DNA of 64,000 nucleotides from Mobula birostris (lineage: Eukaryota). The notes beneath the pieces were generated by a model. It was given only the letters and a program-made list of their open reading frames with translations, searched no databases and was not told the origin of the DNA. The DNA is taken from NCBI RefSeq assembly GCF_030028105.1, contig NC_092375.1:70655130-70719129 (forward strand), written 5' to 3'. Position numbers and translations under genes: made by a program. Positions 1 to 12,765 of this stretch are shown piece after piece; positions within the stretch are counted from its first letter, which is position 1; every line of letters starts with the position of its first letter.

Positions 1-26
1 TTTTGTTCATTTACAATCAATGTACA

Positions 27-120
27 GTGGATGAATTTGTCTGTCGTTAATCATTATGAACTTCTGCAGTTCCGTGGATGAATTTCTCTGTCGTTAATCA
101 TTATGAACTTCTGCAGTTTC
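27..120. repeat. Two-copy 47-bp tandem duplication
   Basis: gtggatgaattt(g/c)tctgtcgttaatcattatgaacttctgcagtt occurs at 27 and again at 74. Confidence 0.85.
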
Positions 121-309
121 ATAGTACTGTAATGGTATAGGTAGTGTTCCAATTTGTTCTGTATTTCATTTGAATACATAATTTGTTACTTAGTTAAACG
201 GTAGTTTGTCTTTTTCATGCATTTTAACTACTTCAATGGAACCAGCTAACTGGACCGAGATATATTGATCCTGTTGTGACCCAATGAATCAGAATCCATT
301 GCATTGTAA

Positions 310-2060
310 AATCCACCTGTTCCCCTTTATCCACTGCATTCATAACATCCTTAAAAGAACTCCACTAAATCAGTCAAACAGAACCTGCCCTTCCTGAATC
401 CATGTTATATCTGCCTGATGGAACCATTTCTATCTGGATATCGCACTATTTCATCCTTAGTGATAGCATCAAGCATTTTCCTGACTACAGACATTTAGGA
501 ACTGGTCTATAGTTACCTGCATTTTGCTTACATAGCTTTTTTTTAAAACAAGTGTCATGACATTCGTTGCCTTCTAATCCACCAGGACCTGCCCAGAATC
601 CAGGAAATTTTGGTGAATTATTACAAAACCATCTTCTGAATACTCTGACATTTCTTTCAGTACCCTGGGATGCATTCCATCAGGGCCAGGAAACATATCC
701 ATCCTTAAGCCCACTAGTTTGCTTGGCATTATTTTTTTTAGCAACAGCAATTGTATCGAGGACTTCAACTTGCATCATATTTTGGGACGTTAGAAGTGTC
801 CTCCACTGTGAAGACTTACATAATAGTTGTTCAAAGCCTTGCCCATTTCTGCATCATGAAATTTTGTTTCCACCTTCCAAGGAACAAATGTTCACTTTAA
901 CTGCCCTTTTCTACTTTATACACAACTATAAAAGCTTTTACTATCCATTTTTACATTTTGTGCTAGTTTAATTTCACAATCTATCTTCCCTTTCTTTCTT
1001 GATTGTTCAGTGGGTCTTTGTTGTTTTTTTTAATTTTCCCAATCTTCGGGCTTCCTACTCTTCTTGGTGATTTTGTATGCATGAGGTTTTAGTTTGATGC
1101 CTTCCTTTTTATTTCCCAAGTTATCCAAGGCTGACTCTCCCTTCCCTTACCATCATTGCTTTTAACTGGAATATAATTTTGTTGAGCACCATAAAAAATC
1201 TGTTCAACTGTTCCACCACATAGCCTGTGTTTGCAGTCTACACTAACCAATTCCTCCCTCATCCTGTGTAGTCTTCTGTATTTAGTCACAATACACTGGT
1301 TTAGATGGAACTACTTCCTCCTCCATTTGTATGAGAAGTTCAATTATGCTGTAGTTACTCTTTCCAAGAGGATCCCTAACTACAACAACATTAATTTTAC
1401 CCATCTCATTGCACAGGACCAGATACAAGATAGCATGTTCCCTTATAGGTTCAGTAATATGCTGCTCAAGAGAGCTACTAACAAAGGATGCATTCTATGA
1501 AATCCTCCTGAAGCTGCTGGACAAACTTGATTCACACAATCTATATTCAAATTAAATACCCCATGACCACAGCCTCTCCATTCTTATATGCATCAGATAT
1601 TTGCTTAAGGTATTTCTTGTGCCACTGCAATGTCATTATTTGGTGGCCTATAGACAATTCCCACCAATGACTGCTTCCCTTTAATATTCCTAATTTCTAC
1701 CCAAATAGATTCAACATTTAGCTCCATAGATCTTATATAGTCTCTCAGTATGCCCTGATCTCATCTTAATTAAAAGCACCATCCGGCCTCTTTTGCCTTT
1801 CTGCCTATCCTTCAATAGTATCTGATATCTTTGCATATTTAATTCCCAAACATCTTCACCCTGCAACCATGTTTCTGGAAACACCATAAAATCATATCCT
1901 ACTGTACTGATTCGTGCCACAATTTTACTGGCTTTGCTTTGAGTACTGCAGCATTTAGATAAAATGCCCTCACACTAATTGTCCTTTTGGAGTCTAGTAA
2001 TCTTTGTGTTTTTTGCACTCGGCTCTTTTGTACTCCACTACAATCTTTCCCCTTTTCTAA
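310..2060 (-). mobile_element. Old degraded CR1-type LINE fragment (endonuclease and RT remnants)
   Basis: Minus-strand peptides such as PETWLQG..WELN and PGPDGMHPRVLKE, with many disruptions. Confidence 0.8.
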
Positions 2061-2217
2061 CTTCTGCTTTGGTGTCTGCATTGACTATGAATATCAGAGT
2101 CAAGCACATTATTTCACTCTTTTTATGCAAATAAAAATGTTCACTCTTAATGCAGGTTTGATAAAGGTAAAATTTAAAAAATTTGTGGGGAAAATATATA
2201 GCAGTTACAGCAGAGAT

Positions 2218-5200
2218 AAACATAGAAACATAGAAAACATAGAAAATAGGTGCAGGAGTAGGCCATTCAGCCCTTCAAGCCTGCACCGCCATTCAGTATG
2301 ATCATGGCTGATCATCCAACTCAGAACCCTGTACCTGCCTTCTCTCCATACCCCCCGATCCCTTTAGCTACAAGGGCCATATCTAACTCCCTCTTAAATA
2401 TAGCCAATGAACTGGCCTCAACTGTTTCCTGTGGCAGAGAATTCCACAGATTCACCATTCTCTGTGTGAAGAAGTTTTTCCTCATCTCGGTCCTAAAAGG
2501 CTTCCCCTTTATCCTTAAACTGTGACCTCTCATTCTGGACTTCCCCAACATAGGGAACAATCTTCCTGCATCTGGCCTGTCCAATCTCTTTAGGATCTTA
2601 TACGTGTCATTAAGATCCCCCCTCAATCTTCTAAGTTCCAGTGAGTATAAGCCTAGTCGATCCAATCTTTCATCATATGAAAGTCCTGCCATCCCAGGAA
2701 TCAACCTGGTGAACTTTCTTTATACTCTCTCTATGGCAAGAATGTCTTTCCTCAGATTAGGGGACCAAAACTGCAGACAATACTCCAGGTGCAGTCTCAC
2801 AAAGGCCTTGTACGACTGCAGTAGAACCTCCCTGCTCCTGTACTCGAATCCTCTTGCTATGAATGCCAGCATACCATTCGCCTTTTTCACTGCCTGCTGT
2901 ACCTGCATTCCCACTTTCAATGACTGGTGTACAACGACGTCCAGGTCTTGTTGCATCTCCCCTTTTCCTAATCGGCCACCATTCAGATAATAATCTGTTT
3001 TCCTGTTCTTGCCACCAAAGTGGATAACCTCACACTTATCCACATTAAATTGCATCTGCCATGAATTTGCCCACTCACCCAACCTATCCAAGTCACTCTG
3101 CATCCTCTTAGCATCCTCCTCACAGCTAACACTGCCGCCCAGCTTCGTGTCATCCGCAAACTTGGAGATGCTGCATTTAATTCCCTCGTCTAAGTCATTA
3201 ATATATATCGTAAACAACTGGGGTCCCAGCACTGAGCCTTGCGGTACCCCACAAGTCACTGCCTGCCATTCTGAAAAGGTCCCGTTTATTCCCACACTCT
3301 TTGCTTCCTGTCTGCCCACCAATTCTCTATCCACATTAATATCATACCCCCAATACTGTGTGCTTTAAGTTTGCACACTAATCTCCTGTGTGAGACCTTG
3401 TCAAAAGCCTTTTGAAAATCCAAATATACCACATCCACTGGTTCTCCCCTATCCACTCTACTAGTTACATCCTCAAAAAATTCTATAAGATTCGTCAGAC
3501 ATGATTTTCCTTTCACAAATCCATGCTGACTTTGTCCGATGATTTCACCGCTTTCCAAATGTGCTGTTATCACATCTTTGATAACTGACTCTAGCATTTT
3601 CCCCACCACCAATGTCAGCCTAACCGGTCCATAATTCCCCGGTTTCTCTCTCCCTCCTTTTTTAAAAAGTGGGGTTACATTAGCCACCCTCCAATCCTCA
3701 GGAACTAATCCAGAATCTAAAGAGTTTTGAAAAATTATCACTAATGCATCCACTATTTCTTGGGCTACTTCCTTAAGCACTCTGGGATGCAGACCATCTG
3801 GCCCTGGGGATTTATCTGCTTTTAGTCCCTTCAATTTACCTAACACCACTTCCCTACTAACATGTATTTCCCTCAGTTCCTCCATCTCACTAGACTCTCG
3901 GTCCCCTACTATTTCCGGAAGATTATTTATGTCCTCCTCAGTGAAGACAGAACCAAAGTAATTATTCAATTGGTCTGCCATGTCCTTGCTCCCCATGATC
4001 AAGTCACCTGTTTCTGACTGTAAGGGACCGAAATTTGTCTTAACCAATCTTTTTCTTTTCACATACCTATAAAAACTAACTGTAAAAGCTTTTATGTTCC
4101 CAGCCAGCTTTCTCTCATAATCTTTTTTCCCTTTCCTAATTAAGCCCTTTGTCCTCCTCTGCTGGACTCTGAATTTCTCCCAGTCCTCAGGTGTGCTGCT
4201 TTTTCTGGCTAATTTGTGTGTTTCTTCTTTGCAGTTGATACTATCCCTAATTTCCCTTGTCAGCCACGGGTGCACTACCTTCCCTGCCACAGGTACACTA
4301 CCTTCCCTCGTTTATTCTTTTGCCAAATTGGGATGAACAATTGTTGTAGTTCAGCCATGCGATCTTTAAATGCTTGCCATTGCATATCCACCGTTAACCC
4401 TTTAAGTACCATTTGCCAGTCTATCTTAGCTAATTCACGTCTCATACCTTCAGTTACCCTTCTTTAAGCTCTGAACTTTTGTTTCTGAATTAACTATGTC
4501 ACTCTCCATCTTAATGAAGAATTCCACCATTTTATGGTCACTCTTACCCAAGGGGCCTCGCACGACAAGATTGCTAACTAACCCTTCCTCATTGCTCAAT
4601 ACCCAGTCTAGAATGGTCTGCTCTCTAGTTGGTTCCTCAACATGTTGGTTCAGAAAACCATCTCGCATACATTCCAAGAAATCCTCTTCCTCAGCACCCT
4701 TACCAATTTGGTTCACCCAATCTATATGTAGATTGAAGTCACCCATTATAACTGCTGTTCCTTTGTTGCACGCATTTCTAATTTCCTGTTTAATGCCATC
4801 CCCAACCTCTCTACTACTGTTAGCTGGCCTGTACACAACTCCCACCAGCGTTTTCTGCCCCTTAGTGTTATGCAGCTCTACCCATATCGATTCCACATCC
4901 TCCAGGCTAATGTCCTTCCTTTCTATTGCGTTAATCTCCTCTCTAACCAGCAATGCTACCCCATCTCCTTTCCTCTCATGTCTATCCCTCCTGCATATTG
5001 AATATCCCTGAATGTTGAGCTCCCATCCCTGGAGCCATGTCTCTGTGATTCCAACTATATCATATTCATTAATAACTATCTGCACATTCAATTCATCCAC
5101 CGTGTTACGAATGCTCCTTGCATTGACACACAAAGCCTTCAAACTTGTTTTTACAACACTCTTAGCCCTTATACAATTATGTTGAAAAGTGGCCCTTTTT

Positions 5201-6300
5201 GATTTTTGCCCTGGATTTACCTGCCTGCCACTTTTACTTTTCACCTTACTACATTTTGCTTCTACCCTCATTTTACACCCCTCTGTCTCTCTGCACTTGT
5301 TCCCATCCCCCTGCCACATTAGTTTAAATCCTCCTGAACAACAGTAGCAAACACTCCCCCAGGACATTGGTTCTAGTCCAGCCCAGATGCAGACCGTCCT
5401 GTTTGTACCGGTCCCACCTCCTCCAGAACTGGTTCCAATGCCCCAGAAATTTCAAGCCCTCCCCCTTGCACCATTTTTCAAGCCACGTATTCATCTGATA
5501 TATCCTCCTATTCCTACTCTGACTAGCACATGGCACTGGTAGTAATCCAGAGATTATTACCTTTGTGGTCCTACTTTTTAGTTTATCTCCTAACTCCCTA
5601 AATTCACCTTGCTGGACTTGATCCTGTTTCTTTACCTCTATTGTTGGTACCTATGTGCACCATGACCACTGGCTGTTCACCCTCCCACTCCAGAATGTCC
5701 TGCAGCTGCTCAGAGACATCCTTGACCCTTGCACCAGGGAGGCAACATACCCTCCTGAAGTCTCGTTTGTAGCCGCAGAAAAGCCTATCTTTTCCCCTTA
5801 CAATCGAATCCCCTATCACTATAGCTCTCCCACTCCTTTTCCTTCCCTCCTGTGCCGCAGAGCCACCCATGGTGCCATGAACTCGGCTGCTGCTGCCTTC
5901 CCCTGATGAGACATCTCCCCCAACAGTATCCAAAACAGTATATCTGTTTAGGAGGGAGATGACCCGAGGGGACTCCTGCACTACCTGCCTACTGCTACGC
6001 TGTCTAGTGGCCACCCATTCCCTTTCTGCCTGTGTAGCCTTTACCTGCGGTGTGGCCAACTCATTGAACGTGCTATTCACGACTTTCTCAGCATCACGGA
6101 TGCTCCAGTATGAATCCAATCGCAGCTCCAGCCGCTCAATGCGGTTTGCCAGAAGCTGCAGCTGGACACATTTCCTGCACACATAGTCGTCAGGGACACT
6201 GGAAGTATCCCTGATTTCCCACATGCTGCAGGATGAACAAACCATGGGGCCGATCTCAGCTGTCATGACCTAGCCAATACGCTACAGCCTCGCCTTAATA
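2218..6300 (-). mobile_element. Near full-length CR1 LINE (ORF1 zinc finger + SGNH esterase; ORF2 APE + RT), frameshifted
   Basis: ORF1 5324-6266 (CSSC...CRKC, VIGDS, HIGTNN, DGLHL). ORF2 pieces 2321-5367 (GITETWL, MGDFN, SDH, YLDFQKAFDKV, GVPQGSVLGP, KFADD). The 3' tail is (TTTCTATG)n at about 2218-2247. Confidence 0.95.
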
Positions 6301-6783
6301 AAAAGTTAGGAAATAACAAAATCTGGCATATATGGATGGTTTGTCTAGCAACCATGGGACAATGTAATTCAAAACTGATGAATTTCCATTTCACAATGTA
6401 GAAAGAAAGAAAAACTTTCTGAAGCTACTGATCTGAATAAAACAGTGCACTGATCTATGACAAAATAAATGTGAATGTGGGCGTATAAATTTAGTAATCT
6501 CTGAGCTCACATATATTCACTGAATGGTGGGAAAGCCATTTCCGTACAGATCCTCAACTTGATCTTGTGGTCTGACATCAGTTATTGACCAAAAGATGAA
6601 GAAATATTTTAATGAAGATATCCTCCTCAGACATTCAAACCATCGTAATATGCTAAATCATTTGCTAGTCATGGGACGCATTTCAGCTCCTTTAACCAAG
6701 TAACACACATTGAGTTTCAATACTTAAAGCCAAACTTTACTAGAGGTTGCAAGCAAATTACTGTGGTTCTTACAGCGATTTAC

Positions 6784-6959
6784 CTTATGCCCACATTTTA
6801 AGCATAACCAGATGGTTAGCGTTTCATCAGTTTCCTCACATTTGCTCTCAGTTTTGTCCTCAGCTTTGCAGACATCACAAGCATTGCACCAATCCTGGTC
6901 AAAAACTTTCTTAACCGTGCGTTGGTTCACTCCCTTATGAAAGTGAGTACATTGAGGCA
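6784..6959 (-). CDS. USP16: USP16 second coding exon, start of the ZnF-UBP domain
   Basis: Encodes (V)PQCTHFHKGVNQRTVKKVFDQDWCNACDVCK...TIWLCLKCGHK, matching the USP16 CxH...CxxC...WLCLKCGH pattern. ttatttcAG acceptor and GTAAAT donor. 176 nt, frame-compatible with the previous exon (61+176=237). Synteny with RWDD2B and LTN1 favours USP16 over USP45. Confidence 0.92.
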
Positions 6960-7089
6960 CTGAAATAATGGAAAATTCAAAATTTAGTTAGGCATACAAA
7001 TTTTGCCTCATAACTGTAATTGGTTTCATTAGTTACATATTTTTACTCTAAAGTTGTGCAAATTTTGAAATGAATTGGTCTACTGTTAG

Positions 7090-8130
7090 TATTCAATATA
7101 AGCACATAACAGTTTATTTCGACCCATCGAGCCCATGCCATCCCAATGACACCCATGTGACCAATTAACCTACTAACTCATCTGTATGTCTTTGTAATGT
7201 GGGAGGAAACCCCCACAGTCATGGGGAACATACAAACTCCTTACAGAAAACAGTCACGGGGAACATACAAACTCCTTACAGAAAACAGTCACGGGGAACG
7301 TACAAACTCCTTACAGAAAGCAGTCACGGGGAACGTACAAACTCCTTACAGAAAGCAGTCACGGGGAACGTACAAACTCCTTACAGAAAGCAGTCACGGG
7401 GAACGTACAAACTCCTTACAGAAAGCAGTCACGGGGAACGTACAAACTCCTTACAGAAAGCAGTCACGGGGAACGTACAAACTCCTTACAGAAAGCAGTC
7501 ACGGGGAACGTACAAACTCCTTACAGAAAGCAGTCACGGGGAACGTACAAACTCCTTACAGAAAGCAGTCACGGGGAACGTACAAACTCCTTACAGAAAG
7601 CAGTCACGGGGAACGTACAAACTCCTTACAGAAAGCAGTCACGGGGAACGTACAAACTCCTTACAGAAAGCAGTCACGGGGAACGTACAAACTCCTTACA
7701 GAAAGCAGTCACGGGGAACGTACAAACTCCTTACAGAAAGCAGTCACGGGGAACGTACAAACTCCTTACAGAAAGCAGTCACGGGGAACGTACAAACTCC
7801 TTACAGAAAGCAGTCACGGGGAACGTACAAACTCCTTACAGAAAGCAGTCACGGGGAACGTACAAACTCCTTACAGAAAGCAGTCACGGGGAACGTACAA
7901 ACTCCTTACAGAAAGCAGTCACGGGGAACGTACAAACTCCTTACAGAAAGCAGTCACGGGGAACGTACAAACTCCTTACAGAAAGCAGTCACGGGGAACG
8001 TACAAACTCCTTACAGAAAGCAGTCACGGGGAACGTACAAACTCCTTACAGAAAACAGCAGGAATTGAACCCAGGCCGCTGGCACTGTAACAGCATTGTG
8101 CTAACCACTATACCTCTGTGCCGCCCCACA
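7090..8130 (-). mobile_element. tRNA-derived SINE with an internal minisatellite expansion
   Basis: The minus-strand head has A-box-like TAGTGGTTAGC and B-box GGTTCAATTCC. The body is homologous to the SINE copies at about 8590-8910 and 15490-15730. Confidence 0.85.
7216..8055. repeat. 35-bp minisatellite, 24 copies
   Basis: Unit cagtcacggggaacgtacaaactccttacagaaag. Internal copies are identical; terminal copies differ slightly. Confidence 0.97.
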
Positions 8131-8589
8131 ATCTGAATGATAAAGAAGTGAAAATACTCAGTGGAAGTCCTTGCAACTATCACAGAAAAGGACACAAACA
8201 CAATTGAGACTTCCAATGAGTATTTTTACTTTTTTAATTGTTCAAATTGTGTGAGTACAGAAACTGTTGGATACATTTTATGGACCTGTTTCTAAATAAA
8301 ACCGATTGGGGAATATAGTTCCATGTGTGATGTGACGTAGTACGTGGAAATTCCGAGATGCTGTTTGCTTTCTAGGAGACCACATATGCAGAAAATGCCT
8401 GCAGCTTGGCCAACTAAGTGCAAGGTTTTGAGGCTTGTGCACCAGATGGAAGCACCACAGTTCATCCAGAACACTGACAGTTACTTAAACAGCACATTTC
8501 AAGATGTAGTGACCTCAAACCTGAAGGAAGGCTGGCCAGAGAAGGAATCAGTGACCATTAGGTAGAAACAGGTAGTTGCATAAATTTCA

Positions 8590-8910
8590 CAGGGCACCAT
8601 AGTAGCATAATGGTTAGTGTAACACCACTACAGCGTCAGCAATCCGGGCTGAAGTCCTGCTGCCATCTGAAACGAGTTTGTACGCTCTCTCTGTAACTGT
8701 GCTGCTTTACTCCAGGTGCTTCTGTTTCCTCCCACACTCCAAAGACTACAGTTAGGGGTAGTAAGTTGTGGTCATGCTAGGTTGGTGCCAGAAGGATGGC
8801 AACATTTGCGGGCAGCCCCCAGCAAATACATGTACTACGTTGGTCTTTGAACCATATGATGCATTTCACTGCATATTTCACTACACGTGACTAATAAAGC
8901 TAATCTTCAT
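8590..8910 (+). mobile_element. tRNA-derived SINE
   Basis: Head tagcataatggttag...gggctgaagtcc, with the conserved gtttcctcccacac core shared with other copies. Confidence 0.7.
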
Positions 8911-8914
8911 CTTT

Positions 8915-9330
8915 GCACATCAATACTCAAGATTTTCCACAGATGTGCAGTGGAGAGCATCCTAATATGCTGTATCATTGCATGGTACAGAAACTACACA
9001 GCTCTACAACAGGTAGTCAAAACTGCCAAACATGTCACCGGCACTAGGCTATCCAACATGAAAGACTAATATACAGAAAGATCCTGGAAAAAGGCCAGCA
9101 ATGTCATGAAGGATACCACCCACCCTGATCGTAGACTGTTTGTCCCACTCCCATCAGGGAGGCCGCAGCACCCACATCAGGACCAACAATCTCAAAAGCA
9201 GTCACTAAGCAGTAATGCTGATAAACAACACCACCCACTAGCCCACCACATCACATCCCCACCATCCTATTTTATCATTTCCTGTCAGTCACCGTGTATA
9301 CAAACACTCCTGTACCTAGCATCACTTTAT
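8915..9330 (+). mobile_element. Rex1/Babar-like LINE 3' fragment (tail resumes at about 10755-10815)
   Basis: FHRCAVESILICCIIAWY...ALQQVVKTA and HP..LFVPLPSGR motifs typical of the RT C-terminal region of this clade. Confidence 0.7.
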
Positions 9331-9331
9331 G

Positions 9332-10755
9332 TAGTGCCTATAAAAAGTATTCACCTCCCTTGGAAGTTTTCATGTTGTATTGTTTACAACATTGAATCAC
9401 AGTGGATTTAATTTGGCTTTTTCTGACACTGATCAACAGAAAAAGACCCTTTCATGTCAAAGTGAAAACAAATCTCTACAAAGTGATCTAATTACAAATA
9501 TAAAACACAAAATATTTGGTTCAAATATTCATCCCCCTTTAATATGACGCACCAAATCATCACGAGTGCAGTCAATTGGTTTTAGAAGTCACATAATTAG
9601 TTAAATGGAGATCACTGTGAACAATCAAGGTGTTTCAATTGATTGGAGTAAAAATACACCTGTATCTGGAAGGTCCAACTGCTGGTGAGTCAGTACCCTG
9701 GCAAAAACTACACCAAGAAGACAAAGAACACTCCAAGCAACTCCAAGAAAAGGTTATTGAAAAGCACATTTCAGGAGATGGATACAAGAAAACTTTCAAG
9801 TCACTGAATATTCCTTGGAGTACAGTTAAGTCAATCGTAAAGAAATAGAAAGAATATGGTACAGCTGTAAATCTGCCTAGAGCAGGCTGTCCTCAAAAAC
9901 TGAGTAACTATGCAAGAAGGGAACGAGTGAGGGAGGCCACCAAGAGACCTATGATAACTCTGGAGCAGCTGCAAGCTTCAATGACTGTGATGGGAGAGAC
10001 TGCACATACAACAACTGTTGCCCAAGTGCTTCACCAGTCACAGTTTTATGGAAGAGTGGCAAAGCGAAAGCCACTGTTGCAAGAACACTCACATGAAATC
10101 TTGGCTGGAGTTTGCCAGAAGGCATATAGGAGATCCTGAAGTCAGCTGGAAGAAGGTTCTACAGTCTGATGAAACCAAAATTGAGCTTTTTGGACATCAG
10201 ATTAAAAGCTATGTTTGGTGTAAGCCAAACACCGCACATCATCAAAAGCACACCATCCCTACTGTGAAGCACGCTGGTGGTTGCATCAAGCTGTGGGGAT
10301 GCTTCACAGCAGCAAGTCCTGGAAGGCTTGTGAAGGTAGAGGGTAAAATGAATGTGGCAAAATACAGGGAAATCCTGGAAGGAACCTGGTGCAGTCTGCA
10401 AAGAATTGGGACCCAGGAGAAGACTTGTCTTCCTGCAAGACAATGACCCCCATGTACAAAGCCAAAGCTCCATAGGAATGGCTTAAAAACAACAAAGTTA
10501 ATGTCCAGAAATGGCTAATTCAGAGTCCAGACCTCAATCTAATTAAGAATTTGTGGCTAAACTTGAAAGGGTTGTTCACTTACAATTCCCATGCAATCTG
10601 ACAGAGCTTGAGCAGTTTTGTAAAGAAGAATGGGGAAAAATTACAGTGTCCAGATGTGCTAAGTTGATAAAAGACCTTTTCACACAGACTCAAGGCTGTA
10701 ATTGTTGCTAAAGGTGCATCTACTAAACACTGACTTGAAGGAGGTGACAATTATC
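9332..10755 (+). mobile_element. Tc1-family (IR/DR-like) DNA transposon, decayed, right end missing
   Basis: Left end (c>t)agtgcctataaaaagtattca. Transposase remnants at about 9715-10733: HTH region, GRVAKRKP, SDETKIELFG, TVKHAGG..WGCF, QDNDP, SPDLNLIKNLW. Contains stops and frameshifts. Confidence 0.92.
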
Positions 10756-11799
10756 TGTTCTCCTTTATGTTTGTGTACTGGAAATAACATGAAACAATCT
10801 TGAATCTAAATCTTTATCTTATTCCAAAACCATTTCTCTATTTTGGAATTGTATCTGGGGAGTCGAGCCAGAACTAAGATCATGGCACTGTGGACCACTC
10901 AGATGCATAAAAGGAGTAGGAGGTGTTCTAAAGCGATTAATGGTCAGAAACTCAATTGTGAGGAGAACAGACAGGCAGTTGTGCTGACATAAATGCAAAT
11001 CCCAATGGAGCTGACACTGTCATAAATTGGTTGCCTGGTATTCTAAAGGTGTTGGGAAAACAACATCAATGAAATGCTCTTATATCAATATCAATAACAG
11101 ACACAAAGGTCTTGTACCATTTAAGGACCTAATTAGCAGATTAAATGAAAGGGCCTCAAATTGCAATCCCTGAATTACACAGTTCTAAGTGGCAGCAAGT
11201 ATGAGAGGACAAACAAGGTGATCATGCAGCTAAAAGAGGGTGCAGGAGGGTTTAAGATTCCTGGGTCATTGGGACCATTCTACGCAAAACCAAACAGGTT
11301 AAATAAGCTAAGTAAGTTGAACCTGTATTGGAGGTGGAGGTTTGCTAGCTATTGTTGGAGAGGATTTAAACTAACTTAGCAGGAAAATGGGAGAAAAGAC
11401 TGATGAACAGTTGGTGGAGGGGAAGCTACAGTTAAATAAGAAACAAAATTAAGTCAATAGAGTGGACAGAACATGCACAGGTGTGATAAGGCAAATAGAA
11501 TACAATTCTAAACTGCTTCTATTCTAATGCAAGAGACCAAGACAGGTTGAATAACTTAGTTGTTGGGAATATGATATTATTCCTGTCAGAGACTATTAAC
11601 ATTCCAGGGTGTAGAATTTTTAGACATGATGGGGTGAATATAAAACAGGAGGTAACATTACAATATTAATTAAGCATTCCATTACTGCAGTAATGAGGGA
11701 GGATATTCTCAAAAAGTTCTTCAAATGAAATCATTTGCACTGAGATTCCTATTGACCTGACAGTCAACAGCTGACAGAGCTAAATCACAGAAGTGAGTT

Positions 11800-12765
11800 A
11801 AAATCAGAACTAGGTTCATTACCACTGACATATGTTGTAAAATTTGTGGTTTTGTGACAGTGCAAGAACATAAGCTGGTTCTGGTAAGATAGCAGCACAC
11901 TCGTACGCAGCAGCTGCTACGATGCCAACCAAAGGTGTTAGTTTTTTTTTTAAAAAGTGCATTTTTCTTTACGATTGAAAGACCCTGCCGGACATTAAGA
12001 ACTTAAGTAGTGTAGGTCTACTTGCCTAATGGTGGAGAAACTGAAGCAGCTGGACTTGGTGCGAACCCTGCTGCTGCCTGCAGCAGAGAGGAGTCAGTGT
12101 GCAGTTTATCAGCAAGTGATCATCTTAGTTGCTTTTCTTGTGATTGTAAGTTATTGGTAATGAAGAATGCTGCAAGTCCAATTCACTTTTATTGCTGAAT
12201 GGCGGGTACAGACGACAGGGGAGTTGTGTGGCTTCAGTCAGTGAGGACTAGACCTAAAACCGCGATGTCGCCTGTTTACAGCCAACCAGGAGACGGGCGG
12301 AGTGGGTGTGGCGCGGTGTACGTGCTGGAGTCAGTGCAGCCCTCCAGTATTTGCTTGGCAGAAGACAAAACGTAGAGTGTTTGACTGCAGACTGCTGCAA
12401 CATTCATGGGCTCAGGAACTTGGACTATACTTTGTGTGACTGTATTTTACTGTTGTCTTATATGTGCTGTGTATGACTGTTGGTACTGTGTTTTGCACCT
12501 TGGCCCTAGAGTAACCCTGTGTTTGTCTCTATTCATGAGTATTCATGTATGGTTGTATGACAAGTAAACTTTAACTTCAACTTAAAAATTACGGTAAGTT
12601 ATAACAAGTAATTAAATAGTACAAAAGAAGAATTCTGAGCTGATGTTCATGGACTGTTCAGAAACCTGATGACTAAGGGGAAGACCATGTTACTAAAATG
12701 CTGACTGTAGGTCTTCATGCTCCTGTCCATCCTCCTTGATGGTATTAATGAGAAGAGAGCATGAC
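11800..12765. mobile_element. LINE 3' tail (-) interrupted by an approximately 710-bp + strand insert (11872-12582)
   Basis: 11800-11871 and 12583-12765 match the - strand LINE tail also seen at 31295-31660. The insert ends in its own short-repeat tail (aaactttaacttcaactt). Confidence 0.5.

Noticed and set aside
2298-6186. Multiple + strand ORFs (for example 2604-2990 and 4496-5011)
   Set aside because: Antisense shadows of the CR1 ORFs.
7197-8090. Long ORFs of 297 and 289 aa, and CRISPR-like regularity
   Set aside because: They are translations of a stop-free 35-bp tandem repeat. There are no unique spacers and no cas genes, and the context is eukaryotic.
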